A stretch of DNA of 64,000 nt from a virus. The stretch is taken from the IMG/VR virus record IMGVR_UViG_3300025298_000103, positions 6,642 to 70,641 of that record. One strand, 5' to 3'. A program made the position numbers and the translations under genes. Positions 18,761-27,889 of this stretch are shown here, in pieces. Position 1 is the stretch's first letter; every line of letters begins with the position of its first letter. Under the pieces are notes generated by a model. It worked only from the letters and a program-made list of their open reading frames with translations. It did not search any database and was not told where the DNA came from.

Positions 18761-20383
18761 TCACGCTGCGACCTTAACCAGCCTCACGCCAGCCATACTG
18801 AACTTGACGCCCTGGGCGGCGACCATAGAGTCGAGTTTTTCCCAGTTCACGGTCAGTACCGAAATAGGGGCTTGGCCGTAGGCCACCGCTTTGATCAGCG
18901 ACTCCAGGTCGAACACTTCGGCTTGCAGGTTTACCGGTGCGGCGGTGGAGGTCGCTTGCTTCGCTGAAGACTGAACGGGCGAAGTTGCTTTCACTGGCGC
19001 CGGAACTGCTGCCGGAGCAGGCTCGACTGGTGCCTTGGCCTTCGCCTCATCTTCGATTCGCTGAAGCTCTTCCGCGCGGATGCGTTGGCGCTGCTCTTCA
19101 GCTTTCTGCTCCTCGGCCTTCTGATGTTCCGAGATCCGCACCTTGATCAGCGCGACCAGATCGTCGTTCGCCTTCATAACCAGCTGCTGCAGGTCGTTGA
19201 ACAGGAACGCGTGATCGACCGCCAGCTCGGCCAGGCTGGCCAGATTCAGGCGAATGCCGTCGGCGCTTTGGCTCGCAGCTATTTTCGCTCGAGCCAGCTC
19301 GGTATCAACGGCGTCCTGCAAGCTGGCGATCGTGCGCTTGTTCTTCATGGCGACGGCGAAGTCGGCGGTCACCGTCGGCAGTGTGACCTGGCCCAACGTC
19401 TTGTTGATCGCCGCTACGTGATCAGCCAGCGCCTGCTCGGCCTTCTGCTTGATGTTGGTCTTCACCAGCAGCTCTTGAGCCTTGACCAGCTTATCGACCT
19501 TCAGGCGAGTTTCCCGGGCATGAGCACTGATGCGATCCAGCGAAGAAAACAGTTCGTCGATGGTCTGGGTTTGCGACAGGGCCTGTTTCTTTGCGGCATC
19601 CACTGCTTGCTCAACATCACCGCACCATTTCACGGCCTTCTTGGCGTCGGCGAAGTCCTGGTCGGTCTGCAGTGTGGTTTTCACTGAGTCGATGACGGCA
19701 AGCGCTGACTCCTCGAACACTTTGAGGTTGCTCGCGGTGACCATGCCGGTCAGCTCGATGCGAAGGGCTGGCAGCTCGTCCGGGGCCTTGCCAACGATAA
19801 TCGACGGCGTCTCGGCCATTTCGAAGTTGGCCAGGTCTGCCTCAAACTGCTTCCAGCCTTCGATCAACTGCGCAGCGCGGCCGGCGACCGGCCTATATTC
19901 CATGTGCACGAAGTTTTCAGCAGTGCCATCGGAGCAAACGAAAATCACGCGTTCGGCACCGCTCACCAGCAGCTGCTGCTCAAGCTGCCAGTAGTAGTGC
20001 GGCTCCAGGTCTTCAGCCTTCACCTGGGCGACCAGCGATTCGTTCCAGAGCTTGTGCTCGAACAGGGTCTCGCCAAGCATCGTAGCGCCGTCCATGGAGG
20101 CGAGAAGATTGCCGTCGATGCCGACCACCGGATACAACTCTTCACCGATCATGGCTTCAACCAGAGGCCGTGCCAACGCCTCGGTGGCGTGGCCTTTGTC
20201 GAAGATGTACTGTTGAGCCTGGGTGACATCCGGTGCGATACCGGTCTTCTTCATGGTCAGCAGATCGGTTCGGGTTTGGTACTTCGAGGCGCCCATCATG
20301 GCGGGGGCCTCGGAAGCGGTGAAGTGCTGGGCGCGGAGGGCATGCCACTCGGCAGAGCCTTGAGCTACGTTGTGAATTTTCAT
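18761..20383 (-). CDS. YqaJ-type (lambda exo-like) exonuclease with coiled-coil C-terminus
   Basis: QGSAEWHALR, TASEAPA, GHATE, ASMDG, FEHK, YYWQLEQQL. Confidence 0.92.
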   Translation of the reverse strand: MKIHNVAQGSAEWHALRAQHFTASEAPAMMGASKYQTRTDLLTMKKTGIAPDVTQAQQYIFDKGHATEALARPLVEAMIGEELYPVVGIDGNLLASMDGATMLGETLFEHKLWNESLVAQVKAEDLEPHYYWQLEQQLLVSGAERVIFVCSDGTAENFVHMEYRPVAGRAAQLIEGWKQFEADLANFEMAETPSIIVGKAPDELPALRIELTGMVTASNLKVFEESALAVIDSVKTTLQTDQDFADAKKAVKWCGDVEQAVDAAKKQALSQTQTIDELFSSLDRISAHARETRLKVDKLVKAQELLVKTNIKQKAEQALADHVAAINKTLGQVTLPTVTADFAVAMKNKRTIASLQDAVDTELARAKIAASQSADGIRLNLASLAELAVDHAFLFNDLQQLVMKANDDLVALIKVRISEHQKAEEQKAEEQRQRIRAEELQRIEDEAKAKAPVEPAPAAVPAPVKATSPVQSSAKQATSTAAPVNLQAEVFDLESLIKAVAYGQAPISVLTVNWEKLDSMVAAQGVKFSMAGVRLVKVAA

Positions 20384-21267
20384 GCCTGTTCTCCTTCAAT
20401 CGGGGCGAGTCCCTGAATGATTTCGATCTGCTCTTCGCTGAGGGTGTATTTGCTGGCGATAGTCGCAATTACCTTCTCGGGCGTTGACCTACCCGCGTCG
20501 ATGGCGGCGCGCCATTTCGGTAGGTTTTCGGCGAGCTTTTCGTCGGGGTAGTCTTCCAGCTCATTAGGGGAGGCCGTCGGGCGGGGTGAAACATCGCGAA
20601 CCACTGGTGCGGCTTCTTCCAGCTCATCCGGGCTGTACACGCCGAGGATCACGTCCGGGCAGTAGAGGCGCGACCAGCGCTTGGTGGCGAGGTACGCCAG
20701 TTGCTGGCGGGGATCGTCAGCCCACAGGGTGCTGTTGCGGGTGCGGGCCTGAGCCAACAGCAGTTCGAGAACACGCGGCTCGTCTTCGCCGCGGAAGGTC
20801 GCCCAAACTTTCACGCCCAGCCCTTGCTCGTCTTCCAGCTTCCAGCCTGGGACGCGGTACTCGCCTTTGTCGCCGTTCTTGATGGTGAACTGGCCGATCA
20901 CCTTCTCCCAGGCGCCAAACCACTCGTAGTGAAGGCGATCCAGAACCGGTGCGCAGGTTGTGATCACCGCATTCACCAGCTGCGCTTCATAGCCCAGCAC
21001 GCCGTTGACCAGGTGCGTCTTCTGCGCCACGGCGAATGGATTCATTTTCCACTGCATCGATTGCATGACGACGGCTAGACAATCCGCCGGGTTGCCGTTG
21101 AAGTGCTTTGGTAGCGTGGCGCGGCCGGTGGCCATGACTTCGGCCAGGCGCATCATCTTGTCCAGGCTGTCACCGTCCAAAACCAGCGCGCTGGTGCTGG
21201 TTGCGGCGTGCGGAAGGACGTGGAGGTTTCGTTCGTGCGCCACCGGCGCCACGCTGTGAGCAGACAT
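20380..21267 (-). CDS. recT: RecT-family ssDNA annealing protein
   Basis: GNPADCLAVVMQSMQWKMNPFAVAQKT, WADDPRQQLAY, YCPDVILGVYSPDEL; paired with the exonuclease. Confidence 0.88.
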   Translation of the reverse strand: MSAHSVAPVAHERNLHVLPHAATSTSALVLDGDSLDKMMRLAEVMATGRATLPKHFNGNPADCLAVVMQSMQWKMNPFAVAQKTHLVNGVLGYEAQLVNAVITTCAPVLDRLHYEWFGAWEKVIGQFTIKNGDKGEYRVPGWKLEDEQGLGVKVWATFRGEDEPRVLELLLAQARTRNSTLWADDPRQQLAYLATKRWSRLYCPDVILGVYSPDELEEAAPVVRDVSPRPTASPNELEDYPDEKLAENLPKWRAAIDAGRSTPEKVIATIASKYTLSEEQIEIIQGLAPIEGEQA

Positions 21268-21423
21268 GAGTGTTCCTTGCCGCGATGTGCGCAGCGCTTG
21301 AAGTTGAAAGTCAGGAGGTGACGCGATCGGCCAGGGCGCCGAGCAACATCAAGAAGGTGCAGAGGAGGAGGGTGATTGCAGAGCCACGCCAATAGGCCGC
21401 GCGGCGGGCGCTTTGGAGGCGGT

Positions 21424-21618
21424 TCACTGCCGAACCCTCACCGCAATCCGGCCGCCCTTCATCGTCGGCGCCAGGCGCTGGGGCAGGCTGGCCACCGCAC
21501 GTTCGCGTGGCTGGCCGATCACCTCGTTGAAGGGCAGGCCGAAGCCGAGCATGATCAGCCTCGCTTCGATTTCGTCGAGCTGCTCGTCGATCAAGGTTTT
21601 TACCGGTGGAGTACTCAT
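21424..21618 (-). CDS. Phage hypothetical protein
   Basis: Overlapping start/stop with the upstream gene. Confidence 0.65.
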   Translation of the reverse strand: MSTPPVKTLIDEQLDEIEARLIMLGFGLPFNEVIGQPRERAVASLPQRLAPTMKGGRIAVRVRQ

Positions 21619-21815
21619 ATTGCCTCCTTGCGCCGCTGACAGGCAGTCATCAAGCGCTTGCAGTAGTGATTGAATTCGTCACGCGTGATTGCGTCGTCGA
21701 GAAACAGGCGGGTGATCAGACCCTGTACCAGGACGTCGATGTCCGACTGGCTGCTTGGATCGTCGACGCCGTCGAGGGCCTGGTCGATGAGGATGTGCGG
21801 GCTCAAAATCCGCAC
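21615..21815 (-). CDS. Phage hypothetical protein
   Basis: 66 aa, translationally coupled. Confidence 0.6.
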   Translation of the reverse strand: MRILSPHILIDQALDGVDDPSSQSDIDVLVQGLITRLFLDDAITRDEFNHYCKRLMTACQRRKEAI

Positions 21816-22234
21816 TCCTGTTCAATTCGCGCCTGCTCCTGGTCAAGGGCGACGGCCTTCTCGGCATGCGGCTTCAGCAGCTCGAGCGCAATGTCTTTCA
21901 GCGCTGTTTTCTTACCGAGCAGGTAGACCGCCAGGTCCATCAGCAGGCCGGAACTGCGAAAGCCCATGGCGTTGATCACCAACTGCCCGAAGGCGTCTTG
22001 CTGGTCTTCACCGTCGATCTGGCGCTGGTTCAGGTGATCCTGAACCGCCTTTGCAAAGTCGGCCTGGGTGACCTCGCCACGCTCTAAAGGGCGATAGCCC
22101 CAGGAGATCCTGTAGCCCATCAACAGACGCTCGGCGTTTGCCTCCAGCCATTCCGTTTCAGCGAGGTCTTCTTCTCTCACAGGGGGTGGCATCCGGTTGT
22201 CGTGCTCGAGCTGTGCCTTGCGTAGTGCTGACAT
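21803..22234 (-). CDS. Phage hypothetical protein
   Basis: MSALRKAQ start with GGAG RBS. Confidence 0.7.
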   Translation of the reverse strand: MSALRKAQLEHDNRMPPPVREEDLAETEWLEANAERLLMGYRISWGYRPLERGEVTQADFAKAVQDHLNQRQIDGEDQQDAFGQLVINAMGFRSSGLLMDLAVYLLGKKTALKDIALELLKPHAEKAVALDQEQARIEQECGF

Positions 22235-22597
22235 GGTCGTCTCCAGAATGGCAATGCTGGTCCAACAAAACTCGGCTGCACTCATCCATTCCGCTGGTTG
22301 CCGATGGGCGCGGAGGGGAGTGCATGCGGGTGGTGTCGGGAGGGGAGGGAGGGCCCAGGCTCGCTGCTGGCGACAGCCTGGGTTTGAAGCGTCAAGTTTT
22401 CTTCGTGCGCGATGGTGGCCTACCGGAAACCCGGCCGATGCGCGGTGACATCGAATGGCCTAATTGTCCGCTGCCTGCCCGGCGTCGGTCGCAGCCTTCA
22501 GGCTTACTGCGACTCGCAAGGTGGATCGTTCATCTACTTCATGGTCGTGCCCTCCGCACCGGTTGAACTACCGAGCATTCCTCGGCAGTTGGAAAAG

Positions 22598-22816
22598 GGT
22601 GATGCAGGTGGCCGGTGCTGATCTCCGGGAATAGCGGTCATCGCTTACGCTGCTCAGCAACAGCGGCTGTTAGCTCAACCATCTGCATCGGGGTGTGATC
22701 TGCGCGGGGAGCTACCCCTGTCTCTACCCTGCGCCGCTTTCTGTACGGCGTGCTCAGTGGCTGGCCTGATTACAAGTCAGGGGCCTGGCTTTGATGCAGA
22801 TCACACTCCGATGCAG
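22598..22816 (-). ncRNA. Candidate tandem tRNA-like structured RNAs
   Basis: 21-bp near-perfect inverted repeat 22683-22703/22796-22816, 11-bp inverted repeat 22601-22611/22679-22689, and internal stem-loops. Confidence 0.5.
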
Positions 22817-22899
22817 CCTGGTGCTGGGGAAGACCAGGTGATCGGGCAGTTATCGTCAGGCTGACGGGGTGTTTGTGGTTCTGGCTTGCAATTGAATTG

Positions 22900-23754
22900 C
22901 TAGTGGCTGGCCGCAATGACCGCCTGCTGTAGCTTCAGGAGAAGAGCAGCAGGTACGCTAAGCTCTGACTCCGATGCGTCCAAGCAGTCTTCAGGCAGCG
23001 CGCTTACGAGTTCTTGTGCTGCAGCTCGCACAGCCTCGAGTTTCTGGCGCGGTGTCGTCGGGCCACGCATTGATCCTGCTGTCACCTTTGTCTTACCGGT
23101 GGCCTTAGCCTTTTGTAGTTCGCCACCGAGGACCTTGCCTGCTTCATCGCCATGCTGGCGGACGACTTGAACGGCCGTCGTCGCAGAGACCTGGCCTGAG
23201 GCGACCAGTTGCTGAACGTCGGTGTTGGCATTACCGAGCGTCATCACCTGCTCAACGTGCTGGCGGGTCTTGCCGACCTTTTTTGCGATCTGATCAGGCG
23301 TCCAGCCGAACGCTGTGAGCCGCTTGTACCCGTCCGCCAACTCAAGAGGGGAAAGCTTCTTTCCTTCCTGGCTGGTGATGACCCTGGCGACGCGCTCTGC
23401 GTCATTACCCTCGAAGGGGACAATCGAGATCCAGGCCTCCAAGCGCTTTGGGTCATCTTTGCTCGGCACCCTTGGAAGTCGGCCCGCCTGGTCGAGCTTC
23501 AAGTAAGCGCGACGACGGCGGTGGCCATCGACAACCCACATTCCACCCTCAGCGCGAGGTCGAACTTCCAATGCCGGGATCTGGCCGCCGGCGAAGATGA
23601 ATTCAGCCAGCGCATCATTACTTTCTTCCAGCTCTTCGCCTTCGGCTCGAAGGTTGAAGCCGGGTTCTTCGTAGAGATCCTCCAGGCGCGCCTTCATCGC
23701 GTCGGCACGTTTCAGATCCCCATCCTTGATCATTTGCTTGAAAGACTTGGCCAT
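22900..23754 (-). CDS. ParB/RepB/Spo0J-family protein
   Basis: EEPGFNLR, VVDGHRRRRA, LSPLELA...GWTPDQIAKKVGKT HTH. Confidence 0.85.
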   Translation of the reverse strand: MAKSFKQMIKDGDLKRADAMKARLEDLYEEPGFNLRAEGEELEESNDALAEFIFAGGQIPALEVRPRAEGGMWVVDGHRRRRAYLKLDQAGRLPRVPSKDDPKRLEAWISIVPFEGNDAERVARVITSQEGKKLSPLELADGYKRLTAFGWTPDQIAKKVGKTRQHVEQVMTLGNANTDVQQLVASGQVSATTAVQVVRQHGDEAGKVLGGELQKAKATGKTKVTAGSMRGPTTPRQKLEAVRAAAQELVSALPEDCLDASESELSVPAALLLKLQQAVIAASH

Positions 23755-24090
23755 GCAATTTATTTCCAAGTGGTTGTCATCCCAAGCAGCCCTCGTAAGA
23801 AGGCTGCTCAGTGATGCTTTCCACCGTGACCCGCTACTGGCGGCCGTCATCGGCTTGAATCGAATGTCTGGCATCTCACCGCACCGCCGGTTCTCGATCG
23901 GCGCAGCTCAATCCCTCCCAACTACCGCCGGGGAAGGCGGGGCGCATTGCATGCCCGGGTCGTTCTCTCGGTTCAGGCGTTTCACCTTCGTCAGCCGTAC
24001 AGGGTTCTCCCTGTCGTGGGCAGCCTTTCGGGGCTGTCTGATCGCCGGTCGCCGGCAGAGGCAATGCGGTCTGTTGTTTGTTGCGCGGGT

Positions 24091-24102
24091 TGTTAAAGAG
24101 CG
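24091..24102 (-). promoter_or_regulatory. boxA antitermination element in the pL leader
   Basis: CGCTCTTTAACA on the minus strand, with short hairpins at 24107-24121 and 24021-24036. Confidence 0.6.
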
Positions 24103-24156
24103 GTCAGGCCCTTTCGAGGCCCTTCGCAGGACTTGTGTCGCTGCGATGGATTTAAG

Positions 24157-24195
24157 TTAACCGCCGGTTTCTTTTGCGTCAATACCGGCGGTTAA
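24157..24195. promoter_or_regulatory. oL operators / pL region
   Basis: TTAACCGCCGGTTT and ATACCGGCGGTTAA, the same motif as oR. Confidence 0.8.
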
Positions 24196-24231
24196 TTATT
24201 TTTCTGTAAAAGGCATATATGATTGGTATTG

Positions 24232-24247
24232 CTGTATGGATATACAG
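24232..24247. promoter_or_regulatory. LexA (SOS) box
   Basis: CTGTATGGATATACAG fits CTG-N10-CAG with an AT-rich spacer. Confidence 0.8.
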
Positions 24248-24263
24248 TTATATGGAGAGGCCT

Positions 24264-24581
24264 ATGAGCAAGCAGAAGAAGACCCAGGAGGCGCAGGAGC
24301 GCCAAGAGCTAACTGGGCTGGAGAGGTTGGGGCTCAGAGTTTCGGCAATGATTGGTTCGCCGGTGGCGCAGATTCAGCGCTGGGTGACGATTCACCGCCT
24401 GGATACGGACGGCGATCAGGAATGGGAGGCAGTTCTTGAGTTACTCGCCGAAACCAATGGCATCGACATGACCTTCAACGATGACGGCACAGTCACCTTG
24501 AAGTGGGATAGGCCGAGTGATGAGGATAGGGTGATCGAAGGAGGGGAGTTGGAGGAGGTGGATGAGCCGCCACCTTTTTAA
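24264..24581 (+). CDS. DUF1654-like protein
   Basis: ERLGLRVSAMIGSPVAQ...IHRLDTD..WEAVL; downstream of the SOS box. Confidence 0.75.
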   Translation: MSKQKKTQEAQERQELTGLERLGLRVSAMIGSPVAQIQRWVTIHRLDTDGDQEWEAVLELLAETNGIDMTFNDDGTVTLKWDRPSDEDRVIEGGELEEVDEPPPF

Positions 24582-24671
24582 CCAGGGCACAAAAAAGGCC
24601 TGCGCTTGGCGGGTCCTAGTAAGGTGATGGCTATCTGATAGGATCTGCGCAATCAATCCATGGAGATAGCA

Positions 24672-25277
24672 ATGAAACGGATTATCGCTTTGGCCGCTGC
24701 AACGATTCTCGGCGGATGTGCAACAGGGCCGACCTGGCAGGCGACAGGGACCACCGACGAGTTCACCGACAAAACGACGATGATGGTCACTACCGGAGAT
24801 TTCCCAGCTTCAGGCTCTATCGTCACTAGGTCTCTGCATTTTTACCCGGTTGTACGCAAGGAAGGAGGTGAGATTTACGTCGGGCTAATGTCTGGCGGCC
24901 GTTTCAAGATACCAGTTGGCACGGTCCAGTTGCGTATAGATCAGAATGAATCCTGGACTATCACGCCTCAAGAGACGCCGGTCAACCTGATGCCGGCAGC
25001 GCCTCAGTACGTCCTGAATTTGCCGCCAGAACAGCAGGCCATCGTCAAGAACGCACAGGAACAGGCTATGACGAGTGTCAGCCAGATGATGAGCCCGTAT
25101 ACAGTGACCGGCGGCGACAAGGCCAAGAAAATCCTTAAACAAATGCTCGCAGGAAAAAACCTTAAGTACCGAACCGTCGGTATCAATCAGGCTGCTTCAA
25201 CGACTGGTGAGGCAGTCATAGACCCTTCACTGATCGAGGCGCTCAGACTCATCGGTATCGACCCGGCATCACTGTAG
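24672..25277 (+). CDS. Lipoprotein moron
   Basis: Lipobox ILGGC after MKRII. Confidence 0.8.
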   Translation: MKRIIALAAATILGGCATGPTWQATGTTDEFTDKTTMMVTTGDFPASGSIVTRSLHFYPVVRKEGGEIYVGLMSGGRFKIPVGTVQLRIDQNESWTITPQETPVNLMPAAPQYVLNLPPEQQAIVKNAQEQAMTSVSQMMSPYTVTGGDKAKKILKQMLAGKNLKYRTVGINQAASTTGEAVIDPSLIEALRLIGIDPASL

Positions 25278-25285
25278 AAGCAATA

Positions 25286-25358
25286 AAAAGCCCGCTCAGT
25301 GGCGGGCTACGGGGAGGCGGGAAGGGCAGAGACAAAAGCCCGGCAGCAGGCCGGGCTT
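25286..25358. terminator. Two hairpins between convergent genes
   Basis: AGCCCGC-TCAGTG-GCGGGCT and AAGCCCGGC-AGCAG-GCCGGGCTT. Confidence 0.65.
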
Positions 25359-25375
25359 ATAGGCAGATCTAGTAA

Positions 25376-26272
25376 TTAAGCTTCAGTGATGAAAAGGCGG
25401 TGAAGTTCTCCATCCTTAAATACAGGCTTTGCCCGTACTTTAAGTGGAGCATGACTGTCCAAAGCACGTGTATAGGGGTTGTTGGGGAGTGACAAGCCAA
25501 CATCGCTGATTTTTCCGTGGTGCGTTCCGCCGATTCCTTCGATCTCCAGCCGGCAGGCGCCGCTGTCAACGCTCAAGGAAAATATCCGATTGATCTGATA
25601 GTCGGCTGCCTCTCCTACTACGATTTCTCCATCGGATCGGATGGCCAATGCTTCCGGCTCAGAGATTAGGACCGGGTAGGGAGAGTCGGAAAATTGCGTT
25701 ATCTGATCACAGCTCTTTCCGACCGGGGCGAGAGCTGCTCGCATTGGTGACTTCGAAGCCTCAATCAATCCAGGCATCGAAGAGATCATTTTGTCCATCA
25801 GGCTCGCAAGATTGTCATTCGATTTCACGAGGCCGTTGGTGAGGAGAGTCTTCAGTTCCGCTGAAGATTTTGCTTCTTCCCTGATTACCTCAACTAACTC
25901 TTTCACATCTGATTTTCCCGACAAAGCATCCTTTAGGTGACCCATAACCTTAGCTACCAGCCAGTCAAATGCTTTTTTGTAGACGTCGTTGAAGGCGGGG
26001 TACTGATGGGTGAGTGCTGTAAGTATAACCAGTGTTGAGTCGAAAGATCCCTCTCTCGGAGGTGCAGAAAAGCACCGCAGGTCTGATTGTTGCCTTGCTG
26101 ATAGAACTTCTCCATGCAGGCAATAATGGCTAACAAGCTTGTACAGTCGGCTTGAACCATCTACAGACTTCGAGTACTGCCCGGCATCAAGGAGATGACG
26201 CTCAGCATCCGCGCCGTCGTATTTGACGTTCATGTGTCCAGCTACGCCGGTCAGGGAGTCCCATTTGAGCAT
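25376..26272 (-). CDS. Hypothetical 298-aa protein downstream of cI
   Basis: Lower GC; YDGADAERHLLD...PREGSF; same strand as cI. Confidence 0.8.
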   Translation of the reverse strand: MLKWDSLTGVAGHMNVKYDGADAERHLLDAGQYSKSVDGSSRLYKLVSHYCLHGEVLSARQQSDLRCFSAPPREGSFDSTLVILTALTHQYPAFNDVYKKAFDWLVAKVMGHLKDALSGKSDVKELVEVIREEAKSSAELKTLLTNGLVKSNDNLASLMDKMISSMPGLIEASKSPMRAALAPVGKSCDQITQFSDSPYPVLISEPEALAIRSDGEIVVGEAADYQINRIFSLSVDSGACRLEIEGIGGTHHGKISDVGLSLPNNPYTRALDSHAPLKVRAKPVFKDGELHRLFITEA

Positions 26273-26375
26273 TTATCTTCCTTGAGCCTTGGAGTTATGT
26301 TGAGCTACTGCTCCAAAATCAGCGCGAATACATCGCCCGCCAAATGTGAGGTCTACAATTCCTGGTCGCCTCTCC

Positions 26376-26585
26376 TTAATGGAGAGTCACGACCCTACGG
26401 CTTTCACCAATCCTGATCCGATCCAACGCCCGGTTTAGCGAATCCAAGGCATCGAGGAGGGCTTTCGCCTCAGTCTCCCGCCCATCACCCCAAAGCCGCT
26501 CAGCCATTTTGTTGAGGGCCTGGATGGATCGCTCGATATCAGCAGCAGTTGCTGCCTTGGCATCCGCCGGTTGTTTCTTTGTCAT
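26376..26585 (-). CDS. Small hypothetical protein immediately downstream of cI
   Basis: 69 aa, starts 6 bp after the cI stop. Confidence 0.6.
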   Translation of the reverse strand: MTKKQPADAKAATAADIERSIQALNKMAERLWGDGRETEAKALLDALDSLNRALDRIRIGESRRVVTLH

Positions 26586-26591
26586 TCAGAG

Positions 26592-27509
26592 TCAAAGCTT
26601 CCGAGCATTCCAGACCAGCAGCACCTTGGCGTGGATGATCACATCGCCAATCGGGACGACTCGGTCCTTGTGCTTCGGGTTATCCGAGATCATTTCGAAA
26701 TGGTCGGCGTCGTGCACCTGGAGCCGCTTGATGTACAGCAGGTCGTGCCAGGTAATAACGTACACGCCGTCACCAGCAAACTCATTGATGCCTCGATCAA
26801 CGATGACAGGGTCCTTGTCGTTGATCGTGCCCTCCATGCTCTGGCCCCAGCCGGTAATCATCGCAAGGCTGGCCGCGGTCGAGTACTGGATGCCTTTGTC
26901 GCGCAGCACATCCTCGCTTATCACAACGTTCCTGATCGCTTCGGAGTAGTCGGCGGGCACCTGGCCATGGCCCATGGCGCCGCGGATGTCGTATTGCGGG
27001 ATAGAGATATCGCCTGGCTGCAGGCGGCGTCCAGAAAAGTCAGCCTCAATGACATTGTTTGCCACATCAGCTTGCATTGTGTTCATGACGGCCATGGCTA
27101 GCTTTTCTTGGGCTGCCCCATCAAGCCCCTTGCCAGCATGCCTCCGAATCATCTCCAGCACTTTCTGGGCTGCCCCTGAATCCTTCGTCGCCCCTTCCTG
27201 TTTCGTCTCGCTTGCATCGGTGAGAGTTGTCCCACCGACATTGCTCGTCAAACCACTGATCTCAGCCGCTAAGCGCTTGCTGAATTTTTCGATAGGAACG
27301 TCGAGCAGGCGAGATAGCACCACTGCGAATTTTGCATTAAGTGGATTTGTGCCGTTCAGGTACATAGCCACCGCGGCAGCAGATATATCAGCCGCCTCAG
27401 CAAGGCTTGCTTGTGTGAGCCCAAGAGCGTTTTTTTTCGACACGAAAATCGCCTTTGCGGCGTCGCACTCAGCTTTCAGCTCTGGGGAAAGTTCTTTCTT
27501 TTTGCTCAT
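26592..27509 (-). CDS. cI: CI repressor (XRE HTH plus S24 peptidase)
   Basis: LTQASLAEAADISAAAVAMYLNG HTH; GQSMEGTI (Ser) and YIKRL (Lys). Confidence 0.93.
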   Translation of the reverse strand: MSKKKELSPELKAECDAAKAIFVSKKNALGLTQASLAEAADISAAAVAMYLNGTNPLNAKFAVVLSRLLDVPIEKFSKRLAAEISGLTSNVGGTTLTDASETKQEGATKDSGAAQKVLEMIRRHAGKGLDGAAQEKLAMAVMNTMQADVANNVIEADFSGRRLQPGDISIPQYDIRGAMGHGQVPADYSEAIRNVVISEDVLRDKGIQYSTAASLAMITGWGQSMEGTINDKDPVIVDRGINEFAGDGVYVITWHDLLYIKRLQVHDADHFEMISDNPKHKDRVVPIGDVIIHAKVLLVWNARKL

Positions 27510-27518
27510 CAGCAGAAT

Positions 27519-27582
27519 TTAACCGTTGGTTAATTCAATTGCGGCAACCGGCGGTATTGCCACAAAACTAACCGGCGGTTAA
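27519..27582. promoter_or_regulatory. oR: three operators with pR/pRM
   Basis: TTAACCGTTGGTTAA, AACCGGCGGTATT and TAACCGGCGGTTAA between divergent cI and cro. Confidence 0.85.
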
Positions 27583-27615
27583 TATTTGGGTGTATACCGC
27601 TTTCGAGGCAACGAA

Positions 27616-27822
27616 ATGAAGAAGACGCCACTACCAGAATTGGTCGAGCGAATTGGTCAGTCCGCTGTCGCCAAGGGTCTTGGCGTCAGCGCTCCGGCCA
27701 TTGCGAAAGCTCTGAAGACCGAACGACACATTCAGGTCACGGAGCATGAGAACGGGACGTTGACCGCCGAAGAAATTCGGCCTTTTCCGTGCCAGGTTGC
27801 AACCCAAAAAACAGCGGCCTGA
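27616..27822 (+). CDS. cro: Cro-like repressor
   Basis: GQSAVAKGLGVSAPAIAKAL...AEEIRPFP, a lambda-Cro-like pattern. Confidence 0.88.
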   Translation: MKKTPLPELVERIGQSAVAKGLGVSAPAIAKALKTERHIQVTEHENGTLTAEEIRPFPCQVATQKTAA

Positions 27823-27889
27823 ACCGTCAAACAAATGATCGCCCACCACCAAGGCAGGGCGCCACGGAAACAGAAGTGAGGTTTTACGA

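Noticed and set aside
22683-22816. Canonical tRNA-Thr gene or MITE
   Set aside because: No D/T arm consensus around the anticodon-like loop and no target-site duplication seen; kept only as an ncRNA candidate.
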